A stretch of 64,000 nt of DNA, taken from assembly GCF_009914755.1 (NCBI RefSeq), contig NC_060926.1, one strand, 5' to 3'. The first letter of the stretch is position 1, and every line of letters starts with the position of its first letter. The position numbers were made by a program, and so were the translations under genes. A model generated the notes under the pieces. The model was not told the DNA's origin, did no database searches, and was given only the letters and a program-made list of their open reading frames with translations. The DNA comes from the human T2T-CHM13v2.0 reference genome, Homo sapiens. Shown here piece by piece: positions 39,801 through 52,224 of this stretch.

Positions 39801-40704
39801 GACCTAAACCCATAAAAACCCTAGAAGAAAACCTAGGCAATACCATTCAGGACATAGGCATGGGCAAGGACTTCATGACACCAAAAGCAATGGCAACAAA
39901 AGCCAAAATAGACAAATGGGATCTAATTAAACTAAAGAACTTCTGCACAGCAAAAGAAACTACCATCAGAGTGAACAGGCCACCTACAGAATGGGAGAAA
40001 ATGTTTGCAATCTACCCATCTGACAAAGGGCTAATATCTAGAATCTACCAAGAACTTAAACAAGTTTACAAGAAAAAATCAACCCCATCAACAAGTGGGC
40101 AAAGGATATGAACAGACCTTTTTCAAAAGAAGACATTTATGCAGCCAATGGACACATGAAAAAAATGCTCATCATCACTGATGAAATGCAAATCAAAACC
40201 ACAATGAGATACCATCTCACACCAGTTAGAATGGCAATCACTAAAAAGTCAGGAAGCAACAGGTGCTGGAGAGGATGTGGAGAAATAGGAACACTTTTAC
40301 ACTGTTGGTGGGACAGTAAACTAGTTCAACCATTGCGGAAGACAGTGTGGCGATTCCTCAAGGATCTAGAACTAGAAATACCATTTGACCCAGCGATACC
40401 ATTACTGGGTATATACCCAAAGGATTATAAATCATGCTGCTATAAAGACACATGCACATGTATGTTTATTGCAGCACTATTCACAATAACAAAGACTTGG
40501 AACCAACCCAAATGTCCATCAATGATTGACTAGATTAAGAAAATGTAGCACATATACACCATGGAATACTATGCAGCCATAAAGAAGGATGAGTTTATGT
40601 CCTTTGTAGGGACATGGATGAAGCAGGAAACCATCATTCTGAGCAAACTATCGCAAAGAGAGAAAACCAAACACAGCATGTTCTCACTCATAGGTGGGAA
40701 CTGA
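36899..40704 (+). pseudogene. L1 ORF2p (endonuclease / reverse transcriptase), disrupted
   Basis: EN motifs (LNIYAPNTGA, GDFN, SDH), RT motifs ([24 protein letters not shown]) and the C-terminal Cys-rich [16 protein letters not shown] are spread over many broken ORFs. Confidence 0.95.
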
Positions 40705-43029
40705 ACAATGAGAACACTCGGGGACAGGGCGAGGAACACCACACACTGGGGTCTGTCATGAGATGGGGGGGTGGGGGAGGGATAGCATTAGGAGAAATAC
40801 CTAATGTAAATGACGAGTTAATGGGTGCAGCAAACCAACAAGGCATATGTATACCTATGTAACAAACCTGGACGTTGTACACATGTGCCCTAGAACTTAA
40901 AGTATAATAAAAAAGATATATATTTTAAAAAGATGGTGTATTGAGGGACTATAAAATATTAAAAAGGATAAGTAAGCTTTAGAGTACGTACTACTTTAGT
41001 TCTATAAAATCTGTTCCCAGCCAATCCCATACTTGGTTAATATAACTCACAACTATACAAACTTTAAAAGAATAGAAGATTATACATTGAACCTTGCACC
41101 ACTCCAATATCTATTAAAGAATAAAAGTGGAGAAACAGAGGTAGTAAGAAAATTATGAAAAAGTACACCTGTTTATGGTTGAGGATATTTTTCTGGTTTC
41201 CTCTTTGAAACACATCTATCACAAAGAAATCTAGAATAGACAGAGAGCAGCTCAAGGAAAAAAAATACTGTGAAAAAATATAGAAAAGGATAATTTGTTA
41301 TGACAATTAAACTTATGGATAATCTTTCAACCAAAACCTTAAGGTCAAAAAATGTTAAATAATAGTTTAGGAGTGTTACCCACCAAGGTTTTCTGTGATT
41401 TAAGTCCCCAGCATAAACATATTTGTTGAAAGCTTTAATACTAGGATTATATGTGTTGTATTTAACTAAAGTACACAGAGAAAACAACATATAATTCATG
41501 AAAGGAATTCGGAACTGCAATTAAAATGACCCCTAAAAGAAACTGTATTTTTAGAAGTTAAATTTTAGGCAGATACAGCACAGTCTTATTGCATTTGGGA
41601 TTAAACTGAAAGACTATAAGCCTGTAAAGTAATATAGATACAAATAATAAGATGAGAAAAATGAATAAATGAAGTTATTCATAGATTCCTTATCATGAAT
41701 CTATGTTATTTATAAATGTTGGCCTCCAACCGTCTCCATCTATACAATGGCACACCATGATCTAGAGTGGTTTGGAAGTGACCACATTATTCCACTTCCC
41801 TCCAGCTTCCAAAGGTGGTTGCATTACCTAAGCAAGATAAATCAGTTTTCTTTCTAGAATGTTTAATTTTAGTGTCACTAGAGGAGAGAGGTTCTCTTGT
41901 GTCTCTCATTACCAAAGGAGGATATATGTAGGGATACCTGCACTTTTTTACTCTGCAAGTGTGTGATGGCTAATCGTCCTGTGGACAGTAACAAAAGGAA
42001 AAAGGAGAAAGGGAGAAAGAAGAAGAAAAATATCAGAAGATAAATAATTTTAGCAGTATTGAATCTCTGGTTCCTGGTTCTGAGATTCTTAAGGTTTCCG
42101 CAGTGTTTTCTTTGATTTGGAGAGCTGCCCCATCATTTCTACTTTATATGAGGAATTATTAATCATTCTTACTTTATTTGGCTGAAACCGGCCTAGTATA
42201 AGTTGAATTTCCATTACTTAAACTGAAGGAATTCTGGGAAAGGGAAAGCATTAGCTGAGTTGATTCTTCTGTGATGCAATAGCATGAAACTTTCTACTTT
42301 ACATTTAGGAGTCAGAGTTTAATAGTAAGCTGTGTATGAAATCATATTATGGACAAAGTCGATTCCAAGTGCCTAAATTCTAACCTACTGATTTTATTTT
42401 ACACATTCCTCTGAAATCTGAACATTTAGTGAAATGCAAAACATTTGAAAAATAAAGGGAGATGAGACCTAAGAAAAAATTATTAAAAAAAAAGTAAAAG
42501 AAAACTGTGTGTCAACATTGTAGAGTGTGATGTTTAGGATCAAGGACATATTTTTTGTGAAGATGATGAACTTAATTGTCTTAGTCTCCCACATAAACAG
42601 GACAATTCTAATGCCCAGGAGAGGCCCTATCAATCTACTTACATGGTCATAGGATTTAAACATTTTTCAGAATTAAGACATTTTGTCCTCATTATAATTA
42701 GTTAAAACTACCTGCATTTTCCACTTGTTTCCTTCATCATATCTCCTCTTATGTGGGCTGGTGTCAGAATGGCCACAGGACCATCGACATTTTTGGAATC
42801 CGACTAAGGATAAGTTGTGTCCCAGTTACACTTGTTTTGGATTTATTGGGTGTAGTGCTGTGACTTACAGCCACTATTACGTACAGTTACATTATTGCTA
42901 GCTCTCTTGCTGTAAGAATGCCTTCGCAGGATATTTCTGCCATCCACCTTATCAACACTCGTGACGTGGAAGAAGAGGACCCGAGACTGTATTGCAACCT
43001 GAATGTGTCCTACAACACTGACCACCAGA

Positions 43030-43455
43030 GACATATGGGAGGGGGAGAAGTTTGAAATGCCTGGAGCCAAAAAGTGCTCTGTGGAAAATGAATGACAACA
43101 ATCCTAAAATTTTATATAAAATAACAATAAGTTGTGAAGCTCAAAGTGAATTATAAAATTATTATTAAAATCAATTTCCATCAACCATTCCTAAGGAAAG
43201 ATCTAATTATCTTTTAATACTGGTGTAGAACATATAAACATTAACAAAATTAAATAATTATTTTGTTTCACTGGATTTTGTGGGTTTGTTTCATGGGTCA
43301 GATTTCTGTTTTCTAATTCGTAATCTGTTAGAGATTCTTTTCGCATTCCAGATAATTATTTACTTTCATAACTAATTTTGATTTGTGATTGGTATTCTGA
43401 CCCTTAAAAGATTCCTCCAAATAATATAATCTTCAGGCCCCACAAAACCTTGATT
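43030..43455 (+). mobile_element. hAT-Tip100-type DNA transposon relic
   Basis: 'tttccatcaaccattcctaaggaaagatctaattatcttt' resembles the hAT C-terminal 'RSTM.EERLNYLS' coding segment. The end 'cttcaggccccacaaaacct' is Tip100-like. Confidence 0.45.
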
Positions 43456-46089
43456 TTTTGCAGTCTGTACCCAGGTGGTGTCAGGACCTAAGATGGAGGC
43501 TGGCTTGTGGGTTCATGTGGACGCCAAACAAGAGAAAAATGGTCATGCTTAACTGTGGTTAAAATCTTGTGAGTGAAAAAGAAAAAAGACAAACAAACAA
43601 ACAAAAAAACTACTGTAAAAAGCAACTTTGAGGCCAACCAGGGCCTTTACGTCTAGTAACGGGCAGTGGTATTATAAGCCAGAATGAGTAATGCCAGTGA
43701 GAATGACCAATGCAGAGAGTTGACCAGAGATCCAGAGATGCTTCCCTTCCCCTTGTTTTCTAGAACAGCAAAAGCTCCAGGCACTTTTGTGACCTAAAAA
43801 GGAACAACTGCTCCCCCAAAAAGAATGCTGTGAGATTTCTCACTGTCTTTGGAGATAGGTTATCAGTAAAGGATTTGATTAAAAAAAAATAAAGAGCAGT
43901 TGGAAAAAAAGAAAAGGAAGAAGAAGAAATTACTAAAATCGAAAAGAAATTGCCAGGCTCTGTTACAAATGCTTTAATAAAAAAAATTGAACATAAAGCA
44001 TCAATAAGAAATGCATACATGTTAAAAGAGAACTAAAGAGGCGACCTTGGGAACTTTGAAATAATGTTATATACAGTTCTCACTTTTATCCAACTAGTTA
44101 TACAATATGAGCTCAATGCTAGTTGCCTTTTTTCCTACAGTATAAAATATCTTCCAAGCAATTCCTGTAATTAGAGTTTAATCCCCCCAATTTTTTTATT
44201 ATTCTTTGACTCTTAATATAATAAATATAACTTACATGTAATATATAAATATATATGTATTTTAAGTTCAGATGTTCAGAATTTACAAATTTCACTCACA
44301 CCAATTTTTATCTTCTAGTATAATACAAGCAACTCCTCTTTAAGTAAGCCAGATATTTGAAAATTGGGTTTATAATACAGGTATATAAAATACAGACACA
44401 AGCAGAATTTTTTCTGCACATTTAACGTAAAAAACATTACCACATAGAGTCATACACAAGTGATTTAATCACATCTCAAAAACATTATTTCAAGGCGGCT
44501 CTTGTATTTTTTAGCTTCATCACAAATGAAATTCCATGTAACATATGAATTATGCTTCATAATAATAATTACTTCTTTCTAAAGTGAAGTTAGTTTTATA
44601 CTAGATAATTATTTTAAAATGTCAGCATGTCCTGTGGGTAGTTTACTCTGAAAATAATATATAATGGTTAAGAGAAGACCAAAGTCATGTGGTCAGTATT
44701 ATTTTATTTCTCTGTGCCTTGCTTTGGTTTTATGTAAAAGGGTGCTCTATAAATATTAGATATGGTAATGTATGTAACTCTTGATGCATGATAATATCTC
44801 GGTAAATGTTATTTTCTCTTACTTATTCTACTACTATATACTAGAGCAGTCCCTATTGGAATATGGTAGTTGGTAGAGAACAAGAAGAGATGGTTGAAAT
44901 AGAAATAGAAGTGTTATTGCCAAACTTTGTTTCCAAGTTTTTTATATACTGAAGTTTTTCATAGTAATTTACTAATTAAAAAAATGAGTTCCACTACTGA
45001 AACTGTAATTGAGAACCTCTCGCTCTGGTCTGACCTTGCTTCACCTGTGAGATTCCCAGCCCTCACTCAAATTATCTGTCATGACAGAGACAGATTCTCT
45101 TAACTTCCCACTCAAGCCACATTCTCACCATCAATTATAGTGCATCGTAGGACTTAACCTTAAATGCCCTTTCTTAATCTTTCAACTGGCATATATAATA
45201 TAACAAAGAAGTAACTCCCAAGAGGCGCCCAAATATGTTCCAAGGACAATGGGTCAGTGTTAGAAGAGAGGGGAAATTTTGAATCCTGTATGGGTTTGGG
45301 TATTGCTCACTCAGATTGTCCCCTGGCTCCATTGGCCTCGTGCCTGGCTCCCAGGGAAGTAGGGGGAAGATGGCAAAGACTGACTAAAAGCTGAAAGAGC
45401 TCTTTCATTAGAATCTCTGAAAGATTTTGGAAGCCCAAGGCAATAGGACTTTGCAACCTCTGTCCTACTGAGATTAGGGGAACAGGGGTGAGTAGAAGGG
45501 TGGGGTCCCTATTCAGGCTTTCTATTGAGCATGAAAATGTCACAACGTCTGAAAAATGGATCAGCTGACAACTGGAATCCAGAAAAATTGGGAATAGTAT
45601 TTCACTGTGGTCAGTCTTAGAGATTTCTTTGCAGCATTGATGATTTGGGATAAAATGGAGAGTATACTTGGCAGATCAGGATGGGAGACCTTACAATGGT
45701 TTTGATATCACTGGTAAGATCCAGACCAGGAGAAAAGGGGAATGACAGTAGCTGAAGGGACAACTTCCTGAGCACAGTAAGACAATCCTGGACCAGTTTT
45801 GGCAGGGTACTATGTTATAAAAAATCTGAGATCCACTAAAGTCCCCAGCAACTTGAACTATACAGGTACTGTGAGAAAAAGAATAAGATATCATGAATAT
45901 TCAAAAGCAAAAGCTTTAGTAGGTTTTTGCAGAGACTGGAGGGAGTTACAAGGATACTGGGTCCCTGGTGACTGTAAAGACCTCAATTCAGTCATCTTCA
46001 TAGTAGGGCTTCACAGTTTAAATTAGTGTCTACATTCTGAAGAATTTCTTATTTCTATCACTATCGCTAAATAGTTTCTCTGATACAGT

Positions 46090-46310
46090 AGCTTATAGTT
46101 TGTTAAGAGCTCAGTCTTCTCATCAGACAAATTGGGTTTTGAGTCTTAGACCTTGGGCTAAGCACTTCACTTCTGTAAGCTTCTATTTCTTCTTCTCTGC
46201 AGATAAAATAATAATTTTACCTACCTCATAGGATTTTTGTAAAGATCAAATGAGGGAGAGGACGTGGTCAGTACTCAATCAATGTCAATTAAGAATAATT
46301 TTCTATCATT
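46090..46310 (+). mobile_element. MIR
   Basis: 'gaccttgggctaagcacttcacttctgtaagcttctatttcttc...ataataattttacctacctcataggatttttgtaaagatcaaatgag'. Confidence 0.8.
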
Positions 46311-46769
46311 ACTTTGTAACTATACCTATGTTTAACCTGTGTTTCACTGGATCCTTTATAATCCATCCGTATTGTGATCTTTCCATTTGTTACTTATTCA
46401 TGAGTGGCATAATGATTATTTATGTATATATATATGTATATTTATTTATGTGTATATATATGTATATTCATTTTATAACTTTAAGAGAGATTCTGATTGG
46501 TCTGAATAATCTTTTTCAAGACTCAGTCACTTGTTTCTGAATCTGTTGGGTCGTTTTCCTAAATTCATGTAATTAGATATAGGAGTGATTAAGTGAATAT
46601 ATTTATATATTATCATGGCTTACCTTTATGGTCAGCAAGACAGCCAAATGACGTATATTTACTAGGTCCTTACTTTGTATTAAGCAAGATATTGAGTTCA
46701 AAAGATTTAGCTTTGAGCGTTAAATATAGAGTTTCATTCTCTAGACTCCCGGAACCATTTGGGAGACAT

Positions 46770-46948
46770 TTATTTTATTTTTATTTGTTACTTTTTTTCA
46801 AGACAAGGTCTTTTTCTATGTCACCCAGGCTGGAGTGCACTTGTGTGATCATAGTTCACTGCAGCCTTGAGCTCCTGGGCTCAAGTGAACCTCCTGCCTC
46901 GGCCTCCCAAAGTGCTGGGATTACAGGCGTGAGTCTCTGTACCTGGCC
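46770..46948 (-). mobile_element. Monomeric Alu (AluJ left/right chimera or FRAM/FAM-like)
   Basis: Only ~150 bp plus tail. A right-arm 3' portion ('gatcatagttcactgcagccttga') is joined to a left-arm 5' portion ('cctcccaaagtgctgggattacaggcgtgag'). Confidence 0.88.
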
Positions 46949-49900
46949 TAGAAGAAATGTTTTTACGGACTACAGCTTCCAAAGGACAGGTGGGGATATA
47001 TATATATATATATATGTAATTTTTAGTGTTGTTGTTTTTATCTTATAACCCGCAGGCATCCATGGCCTGGGAAAACATGGGTTTCACTTTACAAGACTGA
47101 GGAAGAGAGAATTTTAAAGAAAGAAAGCCTATGTTTGGAAGATCAAGATGGGAATGTAGGAAGACCTGGTTAAAACCTTTGCAGGAATGGGAACTTGTAC
47201 CAAATGAGGCAGAAGACTCGAGGCTCTAGAGAAATCTTGTGATGAAATTGAAACTTGTGATAGATAAAGCTGCAGAATTGTGCTACTACTTTGATACATA
47301 TACAAAGTCTTTAAAACAGCTTTAGCGTCCAAGAAATAAGAAAAGGAATGTATTTTGTTGTTTGTTCCACCTTTCGTGCCCCTCAGGTAACCAGGGTCTT
47401 TCTACAACTTTCAGTTTGCCAGAATTAACCAGTGGAATTAACCATCCAGCCCTCCTGGTTACTCAAGCTCTCAACTTTCCCATCCATCCACTCTCCTCTG
47501 AAATATGATCCACAGCAGGCACATTAGTTAACTTTCAGTTTGGAAATGATCTATAGACTTATTCCATTATAATGAGAATGATGAGTAAGATTGTTCTAAA
47601 CTGGTACTGAATTTAAAGGGAAGAAAATAAATTATTCGAAGAAAGGAAAACTTAATGGTATTATATTCTGAAATGGGGAGTGAGGAGGTTGAGAGATATT
47701 TATAGTGTTGCATGGACCTTACATATGGCACTTAAATCACAAGTAAGCCTTGCTCATTCTCCAATGTGTGAGAATGATTCTTAATTCTTTGTTTATTTAA
47801 GTACTGCACATTAAGCAGGACTATTTCCCATTAGCCAGACCATGCATTATGGGTGGTGAAGCTATAGCCATACCACCCTAAAGAACAAAATTCAAGAATA
47901 AAGTTTTCATGCACTCTAAGCGTATTTTCTGGATAATTAGAAAATGTTCCACTGCTTCAAAGACCTCCTATATAATACACAGTTAAGTGATTATCTTGGA
48001 GCTTATTTTGGAGTATTATTACCTTTGAGAAAGCATTGTTATTGGGCACTTTTTTCTAGCAGACATTAATGCGTATAATTAAAAACATACAATTTACAAT
48101 TCAACCTCTCTGCAGGACATCTATGAAACCATTTGTGGGTTGTTTTTCCTTGTCCTTCTAGGTGTTGCTAACTGTGTGTTCATAGTAATGAGAAGAAAGT
48201 TATTTTTAGGTTGGCATAAGTGTTTTGGTTGCTCTAAACTAAAAAGCCTTATTTAGAATTTGTATACACTACTACGGTACATTGTGTTTTATACAAAGCT
48301 AATTGCTTTCCTAAGTTTTGCCATTATCCATTTTTTTTTCTAATAAGCCTTTTCCCACTAAAGAAATGAAAATGGAGTAGATTTATATTGCTGGTTGGAA
48401 AAAAAACAAAATGTTCAAAGAAAAGCAATGTATTAAAAACATTTTCCCACCACGACCACCCCAGTTCAAAGGGATTTTGCATCTTCATCTATTTTGGAAA
48501 TAAGAGAGAAAATACATGTGTTCTATATATGCTCATATAATCAATGAGATGACCCAAATGATCATTATCTGCCTGCATATTTGCAAAGACAGTGGATGAG
48601 AGAAATTTTAGCGTAACTCTTCTGCTCATAAGTATTCCAATATTCAAAATAATTGTTAGGTATTCTTATTAAGCACTTACCTATGCCCTCATCTCTGTTG
48701 GTTGCTGAACAAAGCAACATTAACGCCCCATGAACATTGTACTTAGCAGCTTACTATCTAAAATAGTAAAATGAGAAGCCATTGGTTCAATAGTTGCTTG
48801 AAGTCTTGCCATCAAGTTTCAAGCCCAATTTATCCTGACAAATGAATAATAAATTGATTATAAAACCCAAACCACTGTCCCCAGGCCATTGAACATTTAA
48901 TAGTATATGGAGATGTGGCTCTAAATAGCTAATTCAGGATATGATTGGACTAGCCATTCAGATCTGAATATGTTGTGATTGATTTGAACATGAAGCTTTC
49001 TTATGTCTGGCCATAAGAGGATGAGAACTATCTGAGCCATAAGGCAGGAACATAAATTTCTACTGGACTGAGTTCAAGCACTTTCGGGTGAGTTGAGGAG
49101 CCAAGCGCAGGCAATCAAGTGTGTACATATGGGAAGAAGGGAGCAAACAAGATAAAAGGAGGATTAGGAAATGTGTTCCTGCTGCCCAACATCATCCCTT
49201 CATCAATCTCCTGAGTACTAATTCATTTTGAAAGATTATTCATTATGTGTTTTTGGAGTTTCCTCTTAGGTTTGTAACCTCAAAATGATGAGCCAGATGT
49301 TAGAGCGAGTGAGGGTGGGCCTGGACAGAGGTAAAGTAGCCAGAGTGGGCCTTTGTAAACATATGCCCCCACTCATCTCTTCCTCTCCACGGATGCTACA
49401 CCACCATGAGCAGGTAACTCCGTGCTGCCATTTCCTCCTGTTCCAGGCTCTCATTGGGTACTTTGTCATGGTCTCCATCTCAGTCTGTACCTCAAGTAGT
49501 CCCAGGAGACCCCAGGGGTAATGACTAAGCCGGGTCAGTCCACCCACCCGTGCTCCAAGACCAGCCATGCATTGCCTCCCAAAGTATCTTTATGCCTCCA
49601 GTGGAAGAAAACAAGATTCAGTTTCCTGTCATCTCATCCCAGCTCTATCTGAAATGCACTAAAGTGCCTGGATTTAAATTATTAAAGAAAGGGAAGGGGG
49701 AGAGGCTCAAGGAAATTAGGAGAAAGTGTCTTTGAAGGCTGTTATGGAAATTAGGTCTCCACCTGCTTTATTATCTTTATAAAAAATATTTTAAAGAATG
49801 TAAGAGTATTCCATAAACATAGTGATCAAGGACAAATGAGAGAACTAGCTGTGTGAGAGCTCTAGTACTTGAATCTTTTTACTTTTCAACCCACTCTCCC

Positions 49901-50004
49901 TTCCTAAGTTAATATGTACTATTTGTTCAATTAAAATGTATATTTATTCAAACACCTAATATGAGCCCAGCACCAGAAAAGCCCATTTACTTGCTCTTTA
50001 CATA

Positions 50005-50538
50005 TAGTAGTCCCTCCTTATCCAAGGGGAATATATTCCAAGACCCCACAGTAGATGCTCGAATTTAGTAGCTAGTACAGAACACTACATATACTGTGTG
50101 TTTGTCCTATGCATTCATATCTATGATAAAGATATCTACTTAATTTATAAATTAGGCACAATAAGAGATTAACAACAATAACTGTAATAAAATAGAACAA
50201 TTATAACAATATGCTGTAAAAAAAGGTAAAATAAAGGTTAGCAGAACTCAAGCATCAAGATACCATTAAGATCAGCCTGATCGCTGAGTCACTGACTAAG
50301 TGATTAAGGGGCTAGGAGCATAGACACCTTGAATACATTGGACAGGAGGATGATTCACATCCTGGGCAAGATGGAGCGAGACGATATGAGATATTATTAT
50401 ACTATTCAGGACAATGTGCAATTTAAAACTTATGAATTGTTTATTTCTGAGATTTTCTATTTAATATTTTCAGATATTAGTAGGCTGCGGATAACTGGAA
50501 CCCTGGAAAGAGAAACTGCTGATAAGGGTGGAATACTG
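50005..50538 (+). mobile_element. MER44B (Tigger7-derived Tc1/mariner MITE)
   Basis: TIRs tagtagtccctccttatcc and tgataagggtggaatactg, flanked by TA at 50003-50004 and 50539-50540. Internal 'aatttataaattaggcacaataagagattaacaacaataact' and 'aatttaaaacttatgaattgtttatttctg' are characteristic. Confidence 0.9.
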
Positions 50539-50627
50539 TATTTAGGGCACTGATTTTGTTTCTTAAAATTATCAGTGCAAGAGAGTAGAAGGGAGTCTTG
50601 AGGCGAAAAGTTTTCATTTGATATTAT

Positions 50628-51220
50628 TGAAGGCAGAACTTTTGTCCCCAAGATCTTTTCTCTCCTGGTTATGTCACACTATATGGAAAAAATGGATTTT
50701 GCAGAAGTAATTACAGTTACTAATCTGCTGACCTTAAGATAGGAATATTTTCCAATGTAGGCCCAATTTAATCACATGAGCCCCTAAAAGCAAAGAACTT
50801 TCTTTGGCTGGAGACAAAAGATATGGCAGAACAGAAAGTCAGAGACTCAAAACATTTATGACTCACCTTTGCTGTCTTGGGATGGAAAGGACAGCATGAC
50901 AAGGAACACAGGTGGCTTTAAGGAGCTGAGAGATGCTGGTAGAGCATAGCTAGCCAGGAAATAGGGACTGCAGCCTCCCAGCCACTAGATATTGGGTTCT
51001 ACTTATAAGCAGATTTCTCTACCTCCTCCCCAACAGCCTCCAGATAAAAGACCAGGCTGGCTGACACCTTATCTTCCACCTGGTGAGATCGGAAACAAAA
51101 GAATCAGTGGAGCCCATTCAGGCTTCTGAGCTACAAGAACTGTGAAAAATTCAATCTGTTGTGTTAAGCTTCAAAGTTTGCAGTAATTTGTTATGTCACT
51201 GATAGGAAAGTAATAATACA
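50628..51220 (+). mobile_element. MaLR LTR (MLT1D/E-like)
   Basis: 'ggattttgcagaagtaatta...tgaccttaagatagg...taatcacatgagcccctaaaagc' and the 3' end 'aagtttgcagtaatttgttatg...aataca'. Confidence 0.85.
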
Positions 51221-51355
51221 CATGTAATAAATCATTTCTCCAGAAAACACACACATGTGCATGCACACACACACACACATACCCAATGACTATGGATGCC
51301 ACACCACTCTGCTGTTTGAATTTTACAGTCAAGTGGGCATAATAAGAAAAAATAA

Positions 51356-51777
<422 letters not shown>

Positions 51778-52046
51778 TTAAAAACTCATCTGACTTTTAA
51801 TCTGAGCAGAGAAAATAGTGGCAGCAAATTTCTTTTTGTCCCCATCATTAAATGGAGTAATAAAGTCCACATCTAAGCATTTTGTGAGAATTAAATGTAA
51901 TTTTCTTAGCACATTTTCAACGCTCTGTATGTGATAGTATCCCTTTCTCCTCCTTCCACTCCCCAACTGAGGCTGTCACTTGATTTTATTGTACCTGTAT
52001 ATTTACAGGGTTATACATCCTAAAAAAAATAAATCTGTAATATAAA

Positions 52047-52224
52047 CAAGGAATTGGCAAACTTGGCAGTGAATCAGTATCATCTCAAATGCTTGTTAAA
52101 TATAGACTCTTCCAACCCACACCACACCTACTGACTGTGAGTCTCCAGGGGTGGTCTTCCAGGTATGTGAGTTTCTAACATGTTCCCGAGGTGAGTCGCA
52201 TGCAGGGCACACTGAAGAATCATG
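52047..52224. mobile_element. MER5-family hAT MITE
   Basis: 'gaatcagtatcatctcaaatgcttgttaaatatagactc...cctactgactgtgagtctccaggggtgg...tttctaacatgttccc'. Confidence 0.65.

Larger units (their letters stand above)
34799..40927 (+). mobile_element. Full-length LINE-1, L1PA6-like, inactive
   Basis: 5' UTR begins 'ccaagatggccaaatagaaacagctctggtctgcagctcccagc', followed by ORF1, a 63-nt spacer and ORF2. The 3' UTR 'aggagaaatacctaatgtaaatgacgagttaatgggtgcagcaaaccaac...tatacctatgtaacaaacc' is PA6-type. TSD: aaaagatgatgtattg (34783-34798) and aaaagatggtgtattg (40928-40943). Confidence 0.97.

Noticed and set aside
35815-40704. Active L1 or a domesticated RT/endonuclease gene
   Set aside because: There are multiple in-frame stops and frameshifts in both ORFs; the longest fragment is 215 aa.
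40765-40782. G-rich tract
   Set aside because: This is the standard L1 3' UTR polypurine/G4 tract, already explained by the L1.
46593-47048. 151-aa ORF
   Set aside because: It reads through an antisense Alu monomer (SPRLEC…[13 protein letters not shown]) and a (TA)n tract, a classic Alu artefact.
48956-48969. 14-bp palindrome attcagatctgaat (and cccctttaagggg near 63385)
   Set aside because: A few palindromes of this length are expected by chance in 64 kb, and there is no supporting context.
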